A stretch of DNA of 42,616 bases from an uncultured bacterium (GCA_934871445.1 CAKXBD010000001.1:16069-58684), one strand, 5' to 3'; counted from the first letter of the stretch, positions 17,635 through 27,858 are shown. Numbers and translations: made by a program. The notes: generated by a model from the sequence alone, not told the origin.

Positions 17635-18333
17635 TTATACGATGGAAAATCCCCCGTTCACGGGCAAATCGATGCCCGTGACATAGTCGTTTTCATAGAG
17701 AAACCATACGGCTTTGGCAACGTCCTCTCCGCGCCCGATCCGTTCCAAAGGGATTTCCTCTCGGAGAGCCTCCATATCGCCGTCGGACAGCCGCGCGTTC
17801 ATGCGCGTATCTATCACGCCGGGAGAGACGCTGTTGACGCGGATTCCGGAAGGTCCCAGCTCTTTTGCAAGGGCTTTCGTAAACCCCAGCAAAGCGGCTT
17901 TGGAGGCGGAATAGACGCTTTCGCAGCTCCCGCCGACCTCTCCCCAAACGGAAGAAATGTTGACGATGAGCCCGCTCTTTTTTTCGATCATTCCGCGCGA
18001 AGCCTCGCGGACACAGAGAAAGGCGCCCCCGACATTCACCGCAAACAAACGGTTCCATTCCTCGAAAGATACATCCTGTATTTGTTTGAACAGGGAAATG
18101 CCCGCATTGTTGACGAGAATATCCACGTTTCCGACGTGCCCGAACAGAGCCCGTACCTGCGCTTCGTCGGAGACGTCGGCGCGAAAGACGTCTATCCCTT
18201 CCGCGGCGCTTTCCGCGGCGCTCTGTTCGTCCGAGGAATACGCCGCGCATACGAAAAAGCCCCTTTTGAAAAACTTCCGCGCGATATCCCTGCCGATTCC
18301 CCGCGTTCCGCCCGTGACAAGCACCTTTTTCAT
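17635..18333 (-). CDS. Short-chain dehydrogenase/reductase (FabG-like)
   Basis: 232 aa. Has TGGTRGIG (cofactor motif), NNAG and a YSASKAAL catalytic Tyr/Lys. Its ATG overlaps the aroK stop (ATGA). Confidence 0.92.
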   Translation of the reverse strand: MKKVLVTGGTRGIGRDIARKFFKRGFFVCAAYSSDEQSAAESAAEGIDVFRADVSDEAQVRALFGHVGNVDILVNNAGISLFKQIQDVSFEEWNRLFAVNVGGAFLCVREASRGMIEKKSGLIVNISSVWGEVGGSCESVYSASKAALLGFTKALAKELGPSGIRVNSVSPGVIDTRMNARLSDGDMEALREEIPLERIGRGEDVAKAVWFLYENDYVTGIDLPVNGGFSIV

Positions 18334-18869
18334 TTCGCACCTGCCTCGTTCGTTTTCCGAAGATATTCCCGAACGACCGAAATCACTTCCCGAGCATTCT
18401 CGTCCGCCGATTTCCCGTCCACATCGACGATAAAATCGGCGACGTGTTCATATACGGGCGCGCGTTCTTTCAAGAGCTCCGAAAGCCGTTGGGCGATTCC
18501 GCCCGCCTCCGCTTTCAGGAGCGGACGATCGTCATACACCCTCAGCCGCCCGACGAGCGTTTCCAAAGAAGCCCTCAGGAAGACAATTTTTCCGTTTTTC
18601 TGCAAGAGCTCGTTATTTTCCCGTTTGAGGACAAGCCCGCCGCCCGTGGAAATGATGAGGTTATCCTTTTCCGAAAGCTCTTTGACGATTCCCGATTCCA
18701 GCTTGCGGAAATATTCTTCCCCGTAATACTCGAATATATCGGAAATATCGCCGTAGCGATCGACGATCATCTGATCGGTGTCGTACCATCTTCGTCCCGT
18801 CGCTTCGGCGATCTTTACACCGACCGTCGTTTTTCCCGCGCCCATCATGCCGCAAAGAATGAGATTCAT
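18330..18869 (-). CDS. aroK: Shikimate kinase
   Basis: 179 aa with P-loop GMMGAGKTTVG and STGGG. Confidence 0.93.
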   Translation of the reverse strand: MNLILCGMMGAGKTTVGVKIAEATGRRWYDTDQMIVDRYGDISDIFEYYGEEYFRKLESGIVKELSEKDNLIISTGGGLVLKRENNELLQKNGKIVFLRASLETLVGRLRVYDDRPLLKAEAGGIAQRLSELLKERAPVYEHVADFIVDVDGKSADENAREVISVVREYLRKTNEAGAK

Positions 18870-19316
18870 TTACTTTTGCCCTCCGAAATTCGCTTTGAGT
18901 CCCGCTATCGCGGCGATATAGCTCGCCGCCCCGAATCCGAACACGACGCCGCGGCAGACCTCGGACAATACGCTGTGGGAACGGAACGTCTCCCGCGCGC
19001 AGATATTGGACATATGCACTTCCGCCACGGGAATATCGATGGCGGCAATCGCGTCGCGGAGCGCATAGCTGTAATGCGAATACGCGCCCGCATTGAGCAC
19101 GACCGCGTCGCAGGAATGTTTCAAAAATACCTCGTGGAGCTTATCGCAGAGCGCTCCTTCGAAGCTGCTCTGAAAAAATTCCGTTTCGTCTCCGTTCCGC
19201 GCGCAATACGCGGCGATTTTTCCTTCGATATCCGAAAGGGATTCGCTGCCGTAGACGCTCTTTTCCCGAAGCCCCGTCAGATTGAGATTGACCCCGTTGA
19301 TGATGAGAAATTTCAT
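18870..19316 (-). CDS. aroQ: 3-dehydroquinate dehydratase, type II
   Basis: True start is ATG 19314-19316 (AGAGG RBS), giving 148 aa: INGVNLNLTGLREKSVYG and VEVHMSNICARETFR. The 275-aa track ORF is an upstream extension into aroE. Confidence 0.93.
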   Translation of the reverse strand: MKFLIINGVNLNLTGLREKSVYGSESLSDIEGKIAAYCARNGDETEFFQSSFEGALCDKLHEVFLKHSCDAVVLNAGAYSHYSYALRDAIAAIDIPVAEVHMSNICARETFRSHSVLSEVCRGVVFGFGAASYIAAIAGLKANFGGQK

Positions 19317-19366
19317 ACTCGTTACCTCTTTTATATCGTTACCGTGTATTTCATATCGTTTTCCGT

Positions 19367-20164
19367 TTATTGCGTTCGTTGCAGATATTCCGCATATAAC
19401 GCCTTCGCCTCCTCGGCACTTTCTTTTCTGCCGAGATAGAGACAATCGGAAAAGTACGCCTGATAGAACAGCATGGCGCCGCCCGAAAGCGTCTTTTTGC
19501 CCCGTTCCCGCGCGAGCCGCAAAAATTCCGATTCCGCGGGCCGATAGATAAGATCCACCGCCGTCAGACACTGATTCAGCTCCTCGCCCGCAACGGGGGA
19601 TTGCCCTGTACTTTCGTGCATTCCCACGCCCGTGCAGTTGATGAAAATGTCGCAGGGGACGACGCTCTCCGCCGCCTCTACGCCGAGTTCTTCGCACGCT
19701 TCTTTCAGGAGCCGGCGATTCCTCCGATACAGGAACACGCGGGCGCCCGCAGCTTTGAGCGCCGCGGCCGTGCTCCTGCCCGCGCCGCCCGCGCCGAGCA
19801 CAAGGACGCTCTTTCCCCGAACGGCTGTTCCCGCGCCTTCCAGCATGAGAAGAAAGCCCTTCCCGTCGGTATTGTATCCCGCCTTTTCGGCGGATACCAC
19901 CGTATTCACCGACCCGTAAGCCGCCGCGTCCCCTCTTATGCTTTTCAGATACGGAAAAATGCTCCGTTTATAGGGGATCGTGACATTGAACCCGTCCGTC
20001 TCGTTCAACAGGCGTTCCGCCGCGCGGCAGAACGCCGTTTCGGGAACGGAAACTTTTTCGTAATCACATTCCGTTCCCATTTTTCCGAGGATAAAGCGGT
20101 GAATTTTTTCGCTGTCGGACAGGGACACGTCCTTGCCCAGAAGCGCCAGACGCAATTTTTTCAT
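19367..20164 (-). CDS. aroE: Shikimate dehydrogenase
   Basis: 265 aa with NVTIPYK and GAGGAGRS (NADP motif). Confidence 0.9.
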   Translation of the reverse strand: MKKLRLALLGKDVSLSDSEKIHRFILGKMGTECDYEKVSVPETAFCRAAERLLNETDGFNVTIPYKRSIFPYLKSIRGDAAAYGSVNTVVSAEKAGYNTDGKGFLLMLEGAGTAVRGKSVLVLGAGGAGRSTAAALKAAGARVFLYRRNRRLLKEACEELGVEAAESVVPCDIFINCTGVGMHESTGQSPVAGEELNQCLTAVDLIYRPAESEFLRLARERGKKTLSGGAMLFYQAYFSDCLYLGRKESAEEAKALYAEYLQRTQ

Positions 20165-20171
20165 TTTTTCC

Positions 20172-21419
20172 TCACTGTTCCAAAAGCCCGAAAAATCCGG
20201 GGAAAGAAATGGCGCAACATTCGGGTTTGTCGATGTTTCCCCCGCGTTCCGAAGCCATGAGCCCGACCGCCGCCGTCATGGCGATTCGGTGATCGAGGTA
20301 ACTTTCGACGTCCCCTCCCGGCAATGCTTTTCTGCCGCGAATCACGAATCCGTCCTCCGTCTCGATGCAAATCCCGCCGAGCGCGGCGATCATCTCGGAG
20401 GTCGTGCGGATACGGTCGCTCTCTTTGAGCCTGAGTTCCCGCGCGCCCGAAATGCGGCTTTCGCCGTCGGCAAAGGCGCACAGGAGCGCGATGAGCGGCA
20501 GTTCGTCTATCATGGCGGGGATTTCTTCGGCCGTCAGAGTAATGCCGCGCAGGGGGGATTTTTCGACGAGGATATCCGCCGTTTCCTCTCCGCCCGAAAG
20601 CCGTCTGTTGGACGCGGTATATTTTACGCCGAGCTTGTCGAAAGCCCGCAGAATCCCCGTTCGGGTGGGATTGAGCCCCACGTTTTTGGAGAGCGTTTTC
20701 CCCTTCAAAGCGCCGAGGGCCATAAAATACGCGGCGGAGGAAATGTCGGCGGGAACACAGACGTCGGCGGCCTTCAAACGGCTCTTTTTCACGCGCACCG
20801 TAAGCCCGTCCACGGAAATGTCCGCGCCCATGGCGGAGAGCATTCGTTCCGTATGGTCGCGGGATTTCTGCGGTTCGGTCACGCGGGTTTCTCCGTCCGC
20901 GGAGAGTCCCGCCAAAAGGACCGCGCTCTTTACCTGCGCGGAAGCGACGCGGAGCGTAACGTTTGCGCCGTGCAGAGGAGCGGGATATACGTATACGGGC
21001 GCACGGCCCGCCGACGTGCGCACGTTGGCGCCGAGGTGGGACAAAGGCAGAGCGACGCGCTCCATGGGACGGGAGGAAAGGGACTCGTCCCCCACCAATT
21101 TCGCCTCTATCCCCTTTCCCGCCGCAAAGCCGATCAAAAGGCGCATGGTCGTCCCCGAATTTCCGCAGTTGAGGTTCACCCCCGTGCGGAAATGAGGCGT
21201 GCCGCGCACGCGCAGCGTCGTGCCGTCTATCTCTATTTCCGCGCCCAAAGCGCGCATACATTGACAGGTGGACAGGCAGTCCCCGCCCATCAGGGCGTTG
21301 GTAATCACCGCCTCCCCTTCCGCGCCTCCGTTCAGCATAATGGCGCGGTGCGTAATCGATTTATCTCCCGGCAAATCGAACTCGCCCTCGAAACGCTCCA
21401 CAGGTTTTATCGTCTTCAT
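20172..21419 (-). CDS. aroA: 3-phosphoshikimate 1-carboxyvinyltransferase (EPSP synthase)
   Basis: 415 aa with LPGDKSITHRA, GNSGTTMRLL and DHRIAM. Confidence 0.96.
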   Translation of the reverse strand: MKTIKPVERFEGEFDLPGDKSITHRAIMLNGGAEGEAVITNALMGGDCLSTCQCMRALGAEIEIDGTTLRVRGTPHFRTGVNLNCGNSGTTMRLLIGFAAGKGIEAKLVGDESLSSRPMERVALPLSHLGANVRTSAGRAPVYVYPAPLHGANVTLRVASAQVKSAVLLAGLSADGETRVTEPQKSRDHTERMLSAMGADISVDGLTVRVKKSRLKAADVCVPADISSAAYFMALGALKGKTLSKNVGLNPTRTGILRAFDKLGVKYTASNRRLSGGEETADILVEKSPLRGITLTAEEIPAMIDELPLIALLCAFADGESRISGARELRLKESDRIRTTSEMIAALGGICIETEDGFVIRGRKALPGGDVESYLDHRIAMTAAVGLMASERGGNIDKPECCAISFPGFFGLLEQ

Positions 21420-21522
21420 CTTCGTTCAGTCCCTTTTCTTTATTCTCTTTCGTCCGTTTATTCTTTTTCGTATATTTACTTATTTACTTTTTTCGTCCGC
21501 TTGTTCTTCTTCGTCTTTTCGT

Positions 21523-22641
21523 TTATCTGAACTCGCGGTTTTCGTTTTCCGCCGTTCCGCCCCCGTTTTTCCACTGAGCGGCGAGCCGCTCTAACCCGTC
21601 CCGATATTCAGGGAAGGGCAGGGAGAGCATAGCCCATTTTCCCCTGTCCGCCGCGACAGCCATCTGAATCAGTCCGTCGTCCGTATTTTTTTTGTCCGAC
21701 CTTGCCTTTTCCGCGGCCTTTCCGATCGTCTCAAAATCCGGCGCCTGCCTCGGCGGAACAGCCAATGCCCGACGGACGATTTGCATGAGCTCCCCGCCGT
21801 ATTCTTCCCCGCAGACGCCGTATTTTACCGCCAAGGCCGTCTCAAACCACATTCCCCAAAGCACGCTTTCCCCGTGTGACATCGAAGAGGAAAGCTCCAA
21901 GGCGTGTCCCGTGGTATGGCCGACGTTGAGGGACTTTCTCTCCCCCGTCTCTTTTTCGTCCACCTCCACCACGCGCGCCTTATGTTTTATGCACGGCGCA
22001 AGGAGAGAAGTGAGAAATTCTGCTCCGCAGATTTCGCATATATCGATATTCTCCATAGCTTTCAGTCGGTCGAAAATTTCCTCGTTCAAGGCGGCGTATT
22101 TTACGATTTCCCCCAATCCGCATTTGATTTCCCGAGGGGGGAGCGTCGAGAGGAAATCGGGGTCTGCCACCACTTCGCAGGGCTGATGAAAAGCGCCGAC
22201 GATATTTTTGACGCCGCATAAATCCACCGCGGTCTTTCCTCCCACGCCGCTGTCCACCTGCGCGAGCAGGGTGGTCGGCACCTGAACGCAGGAAATCCCG
22301 CGCATGTAGAGCGCCGCAGCCAATCCTCCGATATCCCCCACGACGCCGCCGCCCACGGCGAAAAGCCGCGACGAGCGGTGCAATCCGGCGCGCGTCATTC
22401 GGGTAAGAATTTCCGATAAGGCCCCAAAATTTTTGCTTTCTTCCCCGGCAGGGAGGACGAATATTTCGCTCTTTGCGAAATATTCGAAAAAAAACGTCCC
22501 ATAGAGAGAAAATACGTTAGAATCGGTCACGACGAAATTTTTCTGTCCCTCCGTGAGTCGGGGGAGTCTCTCTTTCGCCGCGCCCCGACCGATAACGATT
22601 TCCCCTTTCAAAGACGGCGCTTTCAGTTCAATTTTTTCCAT
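21523..22641 (-). CDS. aroB: 3-dehydroquinate synthase
   Basis: Start at ATG 22639-22641 (GGAGG 7 nt upstream; the track start is a GTG at 22686). Has GGGVVGDIGG and LNVGHTTGHALE. Confidence 0.92.
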   Translation of the reverse strand: MEKIELKAPSLKGEIVIGRGAAKERLPRLTEGQKNFVVTDSNVFSLYGTFFFEYFAKSEIFVLPAGEESKNFGALSEILTRMTRAGLHRSSRLFAVGGGVVGDIGGLAAALYMRGISCVQVPTTLLAQVDSGVGGKTAVDLCGVKNIVGAFHQPCEVVADPDFLSTLPPREIKCGLGEIVKYAALNEEIFDRLKAMENIDICEICGAEFLTSLLAPCIKHKARVVEVDEKETGERKSLNVGHTTGHALELSSSMSHGESVLWGMWFETALAVKYGVCGEEYGGELMQIVRRALAVPPRQAPDFETIGKAAEKARSDKKNTDDGLIQMAVAADRGKWAMLSLPFPEYRDGLERLAAQWKNGGGTAENENREFR

Positions 22642-22762
22642 AGCGAGCCCTCCTTCTCCTTTCAAAAGAAAGTTTTTTCCATTCACCTACTCTCACGCCA
22701 CCTTCCTCCTTTCCTTTTCAAAGCGAATTCCGTTTTCGTCTCTCTCGCTTCTTAAAAGACGT

Positions 22763-23896
22763 TCAAGGCAGGCGGGAATATCTTTCTTTCACTTCTTCCA
22801 TGGTATCCCCGCCCAGCCGTTCAGCCACCGTTTCGGCCAAGACTTCCGCAACGGCGGCCTCCGCGATGATTTCGAGCGCGAAAATCGCGCAGACGTCGCT
22901 CCGTTCGGAGGCGGCCACGGCGGATTTTTTCGTCGAGACGTCCACGGTCTGCAAGCCCTTCATCAATGTAGGAATGGGTTTCATGGCGACGCGGAGGACG
23001 ATTTCTTCCCCGTTGGACATTCCGCCTTCAATTCCGCCCGCGCGGTTAGTTTTCCGATAAAAGGCGCAGGTCTTTTCGTCGCAGAAAATTTCGTCGTGAA
23101 CTTCTTTCCCGCTCGCGGAAGCCGCGCCGAACCCCATGCCGACCTCCACGCCCTTGACGGCCTGAATACTCATCAGGCCGCGTGCGAGACGGGCGTCCAG
23201 CTTGTCCGAATACGTCATGGGACTCCCGAAGCCGCTTTTAAGCCCGCGGACGCGGATTTCCGCGACGCCGCCGGCCGTATCGCCCTCCGCCTTCAAGGCG
23301 GAAATTTTTTCCTCCGCCGACTTTTCCGCTTCCTCGTTCAGCATGCCGAGGCTGCGGGAACGACTGCCCTTTATCTCGTCGAACGTATACCGTCCCTCGT
23401 CCTTTATTCCGCATACTTCCCGAACATACCCCGCGATTTCTATACCGAGTGCGGAAAGATAACTCTTGAACACGCTCCCCGCGGCCACTCGGACGGCCGT
23501 TTCGCGCGCGGACGCGCGTTCCAGAATATTGCGCGCATCGGTCTGCGCGTACTTCAAAACGCCCGACAGATCGGCATGCCCCGGTCTGACCTTCGTCAAC
23601 GTGCGCGCGGAGACGTCGCAGGGCTCGTCCGACATAATCGTTTTCCAATTTTCATAATCCCGATTATAGATACACAACGCTACGGGACTTCCCAATGTCT
23701 CGCCGTTCCTGACGCCCGCGAGAATTTCAACTTTGTCCGTCTCGATTTTTTGCCGCGCCCCCCTGCCGAATCCGCTCTGACGGAGTTTAAGCTCCTCGTC
23801 CGCCCGCGCCTTATCGATTTTCAAATGCGCGGGCAGCCCCTCGATAATGGCCACAAGCGCTTTCCCGTGCGATTCGCCCGCCGTCGTGAGTTTCAT
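22763..23896 (-). CDS. aroC: Chorismate synthase
   Basis: 377 aa with TAGESHG, RPGHAD and GGISNG-like GGMSNG. Confidence 0.96.
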   Translation of the reverse strand: MKLTTAGESHGKALVAIIEGLPAHLKIDKARADEELKLRQSGFGRGARQKIETDKVEILAGVRNGETLGSPVALCIYNRDYENWKTIMSDEPCDVSARTLTKVRPGHADLSGVLKYAQTDARNILERASARETAVRVAAGSVFKSYLSALGIEIAGYVREVCGIKDEGRYTFDEIKGSRSRSLGMLNEEAEKSAEEKISALKAEGDTAGGVAEIRVRGLKSGFGSPMTYSDKLDARLARGLMSIQAVKGVEVGMGFGAASASGKEVHDEIFCDEKTCAFYRKTNRAGGIEGGMSNGEEIVLRVAMKPIPTLMKGLQTVDVSTKKSAVAASERSDVCAIFALEIIAEAAVAEVLAETVAERLGGDTMEEVKERYSRLP

Positions 23897-24006
23897 GTTC
23901 CGCCTCCTTTTTTCATTCTTTTGTAAAGCGGCCCGCCGCGCTCTTTGGTCGGCACGGCAAGCCGCACGCTCGTTTTCCGTCGAAAGGTCTTTACCCCTCG
24001 GCTCAT

Positions 24007-26625
24007 CTATCTTGCGGAAAAGGTAAACGCCCCGCCCGCGTAATCCACCGTCACCCGCTGACCGTTGCAGACTCGTCCGAGCAAAATTTCTTCGGAAAGC
24101 CGGTCCTCGATTCTCCTTTGAATGGTGCGTTTGAGCGGCCGTGCGCCGTATTGGCTGTCGTAGCCTTCCCTGACCAGCTGTTCGAGGGCGGCATTCGTCA
24201 CGGAGAGCACGATTCCCCGCTGTTCCAAGAGCCTTCTCGCCAGAGCGTCGATAATCTTCGCGCCGATTTTGGCGGTATCCGCCTGAGAGAGCCTGTGGAA
24301 TACGATAATATCGTCCATGCGGTTGAGGAATTCCGGACGGAACCGCTCTTTGAGGGCCTTGACGATATTTTCCTTCATTTCCTCGTACTGTTTTTCGTTG
24401 TCCGCGCTCCTGCCCTTGTCGGCGGACAATTCTCCGCCAAACCCGTAAGAGACGGTGCGTTCGGCCTCCGCGGCCCCCACGTTGGAAGTGAGGATGACGA
24501 TGGCGTTTTTGAAGCTGACCGTGCGCCCCTTGTTGTCGGTGAGCCGTCCGTCGTCGAGAATCTGCAAAAGCAAATTAAAGACGTCGGGATGCGCCTTTTC
24601 GATCTCGTCGAACAAAATGACGCAATAGGGCTTGGTGCGCACCTTGTCGGTGAGCTGTCCGGTCTGCATGTCGTCGTAGCCGACGTATCCGGGCGGCGCG
24701 CCGATGAGCTTGGAGACCGACTGTTTTTCCATATATTCGCTCATATCCAGCCGAATCATCTGATCTTCGGAGCCGAACATCGCCTCTGCGAGCGCCTTTG
24801 TGAGGTCGGTTTTTCCGACGCCCGTAGGCCCCACGAACACGAAGGAGCCGATGGGACGCGAGGGATCTTTGAGCCCCGCGCGGGCGCGCCGAATGGCCTT
24901 GGATACGGCGGAAACCGCCTCGTTCTGTCCGACGATGCGGCGGTGAAGCTCCTCTTCGAGGTGCATGAGCTTTTCGCCTTCCTCCTGCGTGATTTTGAGG
25001 AGGGGAATTCTCGTCCTCGAACTGACGATCGCTGCGACCTGCTCTTTGCCGAGCGCGAACCTGCCGTCGGCGCGGCGTTCCATGCTCTGCGCGCGGCGAA
25101 TGGTTTCTATTTTGTTTTCCAGCCTCTTTTTTTCGTTGAGCGCAGCGACGGCTTCGGTATATTCGCCGCGGGCGCGATGGAGCCGTTCTTCCTCGTCCTG
25201 TGCCTCCGCTTCCGCAAGAAGTTCCTTGATTTCGTCTCCGCCGTCCTCGGCCATGATTCTCGCACGGGCGGCAGCCTCGTCGATGAGGTCGATGGCCTTA
25301 TCGGGCAGGAAACGGTCGGTGATGTATCGGGACGAGAGCTTTACGGCCGCTTCGATCGCCTCGTCGGTGATCTCTATGCCGTGGTGCTCCTCGTATTTGG
25401 GGCGCAGACCTTTGAGAATGGCTATGGTGTCCGATTCGGAGGGCTCCTCCACGTATACGGGGGTGAAGCGCCGTTCGAGAGCGCTGTCCTTTTCGATATA
25501 TTTTCGGTATTCCTCGACGGTGGTGGCGCCGATGACCTGTAAATCTCCCCGCGCGAGCATGGGTTTTAAGATATTCGCGGCGTCCATCGTATTGTCGGCG
25601 GAGCTGCCCGCGCCTACGATATTGTGAATCTCGTCGATAAAGAGAATGATATCGCCGTCCTTCATCACGACGTCGATGAGGTCTTTGAGGCGTTCTTCAA
25701 AATCCCCGCGGTACCGTGCCCCCGCCAGCATGCCCGGAATATCGACGGAAAACACCGTCTTGTTGAATAATTGTTCGGGCACCTCTCCGCCGACGATCAT
25801 CTGAGAAAGGCCCTCCGCGATCGCGCTCTTTCCCACGCCCGGCTCCCCGATGAGAACAGGATTGTTCTTGGTGCGGCGGGACAGGACCTGAACGACCTTT
25901 TCGATTTCCTTTCTCCGCCCGATGACGGGGTCTATTTTTCCGCGGCGGGCACGTTCGGTCATGTCTATGCCGTATTGAAGGAGCTTTTCCTTTGCTCCGT
26001 CGTTCTTTTTCGGAGCGGATTTTTTCTTTTCCGAGAAATTATAATCCTTGATCTGCGTCTTTTCCTTGCGCGTTAAATCCTCGGAACGCGCCGAATCCTC
26101 CGCGCTTTCGCCCTCCGTTCCCTTCGGAGCAAACGCTCCGCCGCCCGCCGCGCCTTCGTTGTCGAAATCGTCGTAGCCGAGCTCTTTGCGGTGCTTTTGT
26201 TCCCGAAGAATCTGCCCCGTTTTTTCCTTCATTCCCTCGATGTCCGCGCCCAGACGCTTCAAAATTTTCACGGCGTAACAGCTCTCGCTTTCGAGAACGG
26301 ACAAAAGGAGGTGTGCGGTTCCCGCCAGAGTGCCCGTCGTCGCCGCGAATTTAATGGCACGGTCGAACATCTGCTTGGTTCGCTGCGTAAATCCCGGCGT
26401 CGTCACCTTCGTGTCGATGCAGCGGAAAAACACCTCTTGATATTCAGCCCTCGTAATCCCTTCTCCCGCCAAAATTCCGTACGCCGAACAGGAGGGCAGG
26501 CTTAAAAAACCGTATATGACGTGTTCGCTGCCCACGTATACGGCGCCGTGCTCTATCGTCACCTGATTGGCGATTTTCAGCGCTTTTTTCAGATTTTCCG
26601 AAAATCTCGACAAATAATACTCCAT
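24007..26625 (-). CDS. clpC: ATP-dependent Clp protease ATP-binding subunit ClpC
   Basis: 872 aa. Clp N-repeat domain, two AAA+ modules ([20 protein letters not shown]), and a UVR-like M-domain. The N-domain/D1 linker looks about 45 aa longer than I remember for Bacillus ClpC and is charged low-complexity. Confidence 0.96.
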   Translation of the reverse strand: MEYYLSRFSENLKKALKIANQVTIEHGAVYVGSEHVIYGFLSLPSCSAYGILAGEGITRAEYQEVFFRCIDTKVTTPGFTQRTKQMFDRAIKFAATTGTLAGTAHLLLSVLESESCYAVKILKRLGADIEGMKEKTGQILREQKHRKELGYDDFDNEGAAGGGAFAPKGTEGESAEDSARSEDLTRKEKTQIKDYNFSEKKKSAPKKNDGAKEKLLQYGIDMTERARRGKIDPVIGRRKEIEKVVQVLSRRTKNNPVLIGEPGVGKSAIAEGLSQMIVGGEVPEQLFNKTVFSVDIPGMLAGARYRGDFEERLKDLIDVVMKDGDIILFIDEIHNIVGAGSSADNTMDAANILKPMLARGDLQVIGATTVEEYRKYIEKDSALERRFTPVYVEEPSESDTIAILKGLRPKYEEHHGIEITDEAIEAAVKLSSRYITDRFLPDKAIDLIDEAAARARIMAEDGGDEIKELLAEAEAQDEEERLHRARGEYTEAVAALNEKKRLENKIETIRRAQSMERRADGRFALGKEQVAAIVSSRTRIPLLKITQEEGEKLMHLEEELHRRIVGQNEAVSAVSKAIRRARAGLKDPSRPIGSFVFVGPTGVGKTDLTKALAEAMFGSEDQMIRLDMSEYMEKQSVSKLIGAPPGYVGYDDMQTGQLTDKVRTKPYCVILFDEIEKAHPDVFNLLLQILDDGRLTDNKGRTVSFKNAIVILTSNVGAAEAERTVSYGFGGELSADKGRSADNEKQYEEMKENIVKALKERFRPEFLNRMDDIIVFHRLSQADTAKIGAKIIDALARRLLEQRGIVLSVTNAALEQLVREGYDSQYGARPLKRTIQRRIEDRLSEEILLGRVCNGQRVTVDYAGGAFTFSAR

Positions 26626-26669
26626 CTCCCGTTCCTCGCCTGCTTCGTTCGGAAAGTCATTCTTTCCGT

Positions 26670-26683
26670 ATCATACCATTATA
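26670..26683 (-). promoter_or_regulatory. Candidate internal promoter for clpC (extended -10 only)
   Basis: Minus strand: CATATAATGGTATGATAC, with overlapping TATAAT and TGGTATGAT boxes about 45-55 nt upstream of the clpC ATG. No good -35. Confidence 0.35.
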
Positions 26684-26814
26684 TGCCTGCACCGTCTCCG
26701 CCGTCCCTTCCGCCGAATCTGTTTTCTTTCGTTTCGTCCCGTTCCGCAAAACGGCGAAATCCCTTTTCGGCCGCTCTTTTGATACGCCCTCGTTCTTTTG
26801 TATGTTCTTCCCTT

Positions 26815-27858
26815 TTACGAACCGGAGTCGTCCTTTCTTTCGACTAAGCCCGGCAGCACCTTATGCACGATTTCCGCGCGGACGAGGTCACATTCTCTCT
26901 CGTCCTTCGCATCGGGACAGTTTCCCATCTTAAAGGAGACGGGGCGCATATTTGCGATAAAATCATTGAGCCCCACCATATCGGAAGCCTTGAAGAAGCC
27001 CAGAGCCACGCCCAGCTTTACCTTCACCATGCCGTCCGCGAGCTCCTTTACGGGCAAAACGGCGCAGTTCGTCAAGGCTCCGTAGGATCGCAGACAGATG
27101 TCGCGGTATCCGATTTCGTCCTCTTCGAGCATTCGTTCCCTCGCGCGCAGTTCCAGCTCCGCGAGATTGAGCGTGACCTCGTCCATGTGGGAGAGAATAT
27201 CCGCCTCGGAGAAACCGAGCGTCCGCTCGTTGCTGATCTGATAGGAATAGCCCTCTGCGGCCGTGCCCTCTCCGAATACTCCCCGCACGGTGAGCCCGTT
27301 GACCTTCAAAGACGGGAGCAATTCTTCCAGTTTTTTGTATTTTGCAAGCCCCGGCAGGAACATCATCACGGAAGCGCGCATGCCCGTGCCGAGATTGCTG
27401 GGGCAGGCCGTCAGATAGCCGAGCTTTTCGTCGTAAGCGAAGCTGACGGAGCGAGCCAGCCCGTCGTCGATGCCGCTGATGCGTTCGTAAGCCTTATAGA
27501 GGTCGAACCCTTTGAGGATATATTGTTCGCGGAGGTGATCCTCCTCGTTGACCATGACGGAAACTTCCTTGTCGGAAGAGATAAACGCGGCGGAAATGTC
27601 TTTTCTTCGGATGAGGTCGGGACTTATGAGGTGTTTTTCCTGTAATAAGGTAGCCTCTTCCGCGCCGATTTTTCCGATGTCATATTCCGTGAAATCGTCC
27701 AGCCGATTGAGCTCGTAGCCGACGGTACGAATGACTTCTTTCGCCTCCTGAACGGTCATTTTGCCGGGGAAGGGGTAGGAGTAGAGATTTCGCGCCAGAC
27801 GGACGCGGGTAGAAGTGACCACCGTTTCGATGAACGAGGCGGAATCCATTTCAGTCAT
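26815..27858 (-). CDS. mcsB: Protein arginine kinase
   Basis: 347 aa. ATP:guanido phosphotransferase domain (VNEEDHLR, CPSNLGTGMRASV). Confidence 0.93.
   Translation of the reverse strand: MTEMDSASFIETVVTSTRVRLARNLYSYPFPGKMTVQEAKEVIRTVGYELNRLDDFTEYDIGKIGAEEATLLQEKHLISPDLIRRKDISAAFISSDKEVSVMVNEEDHLREQYILKGFDLYKAYERISGIDDGLARSVSFAYDEKLGYLTACPSNLGTGMRASVMMFLPGLAKYKKLEELLPSLKVNGLTVRGVFGEGTAAEGYSYQISNERTLGFSEADILSHMDEVTLNLAELELRARERMLEEDEIGYRDICLRSYGALTNCAVLPVKELADGMVKVKLGVALGFFKASDMVGLNDFIANMRPVSFKMGNCPDAKDERECDLVRAEIVHKVLPGLVERKDDSGS

Noticed and set aside
19317-19697. N-terminal 127-aa extension of the aroQ ORF (275-aa track ORF).
   Set aside because: It overlaps the 3' end of aroE in another frame and is Arg/Gly-rich. 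The internal ATG at 19316 has an AGAGG RBS and yields a canonical 148-aa type II dehydroquinase.
20161-21261. Same-strand alternative-frame ORFs inside real genes. Examples: 366 aa inside aroA, 203 aa inside ribF (3668-4279) and 215 aa inside the SDR (17693-18340).
   Set aside because: They are extremely Arg-rich (RRxR runs), typical of off-frame translation of GC-rich coding sequence. The overlapping frames have unambiguous enzyme motifs.
25980-26180. Low-complexity charged insertion in the ClpC N-domain/D1 linker, as a possible novel domain.
   Set aside because: This linker is variable in length among ClpC orthologs. The insert is about 45 aa of acidic/basic low complexity with no motif. 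It is noted in the feature evidence only.
21420-26814. General pyrimidine-richness of the plus strand in all intergenic spacers, as evidence for a specific element.
   Set aside because: Most genes here are on the minus strand, and Firmicute leading-strand transcripts are purine-loaded. Bulk purine richness is therefore expected. Only the specific 18-nt match (26725-26743 versus 38144-38161) and the tandem structure were kept as findings.
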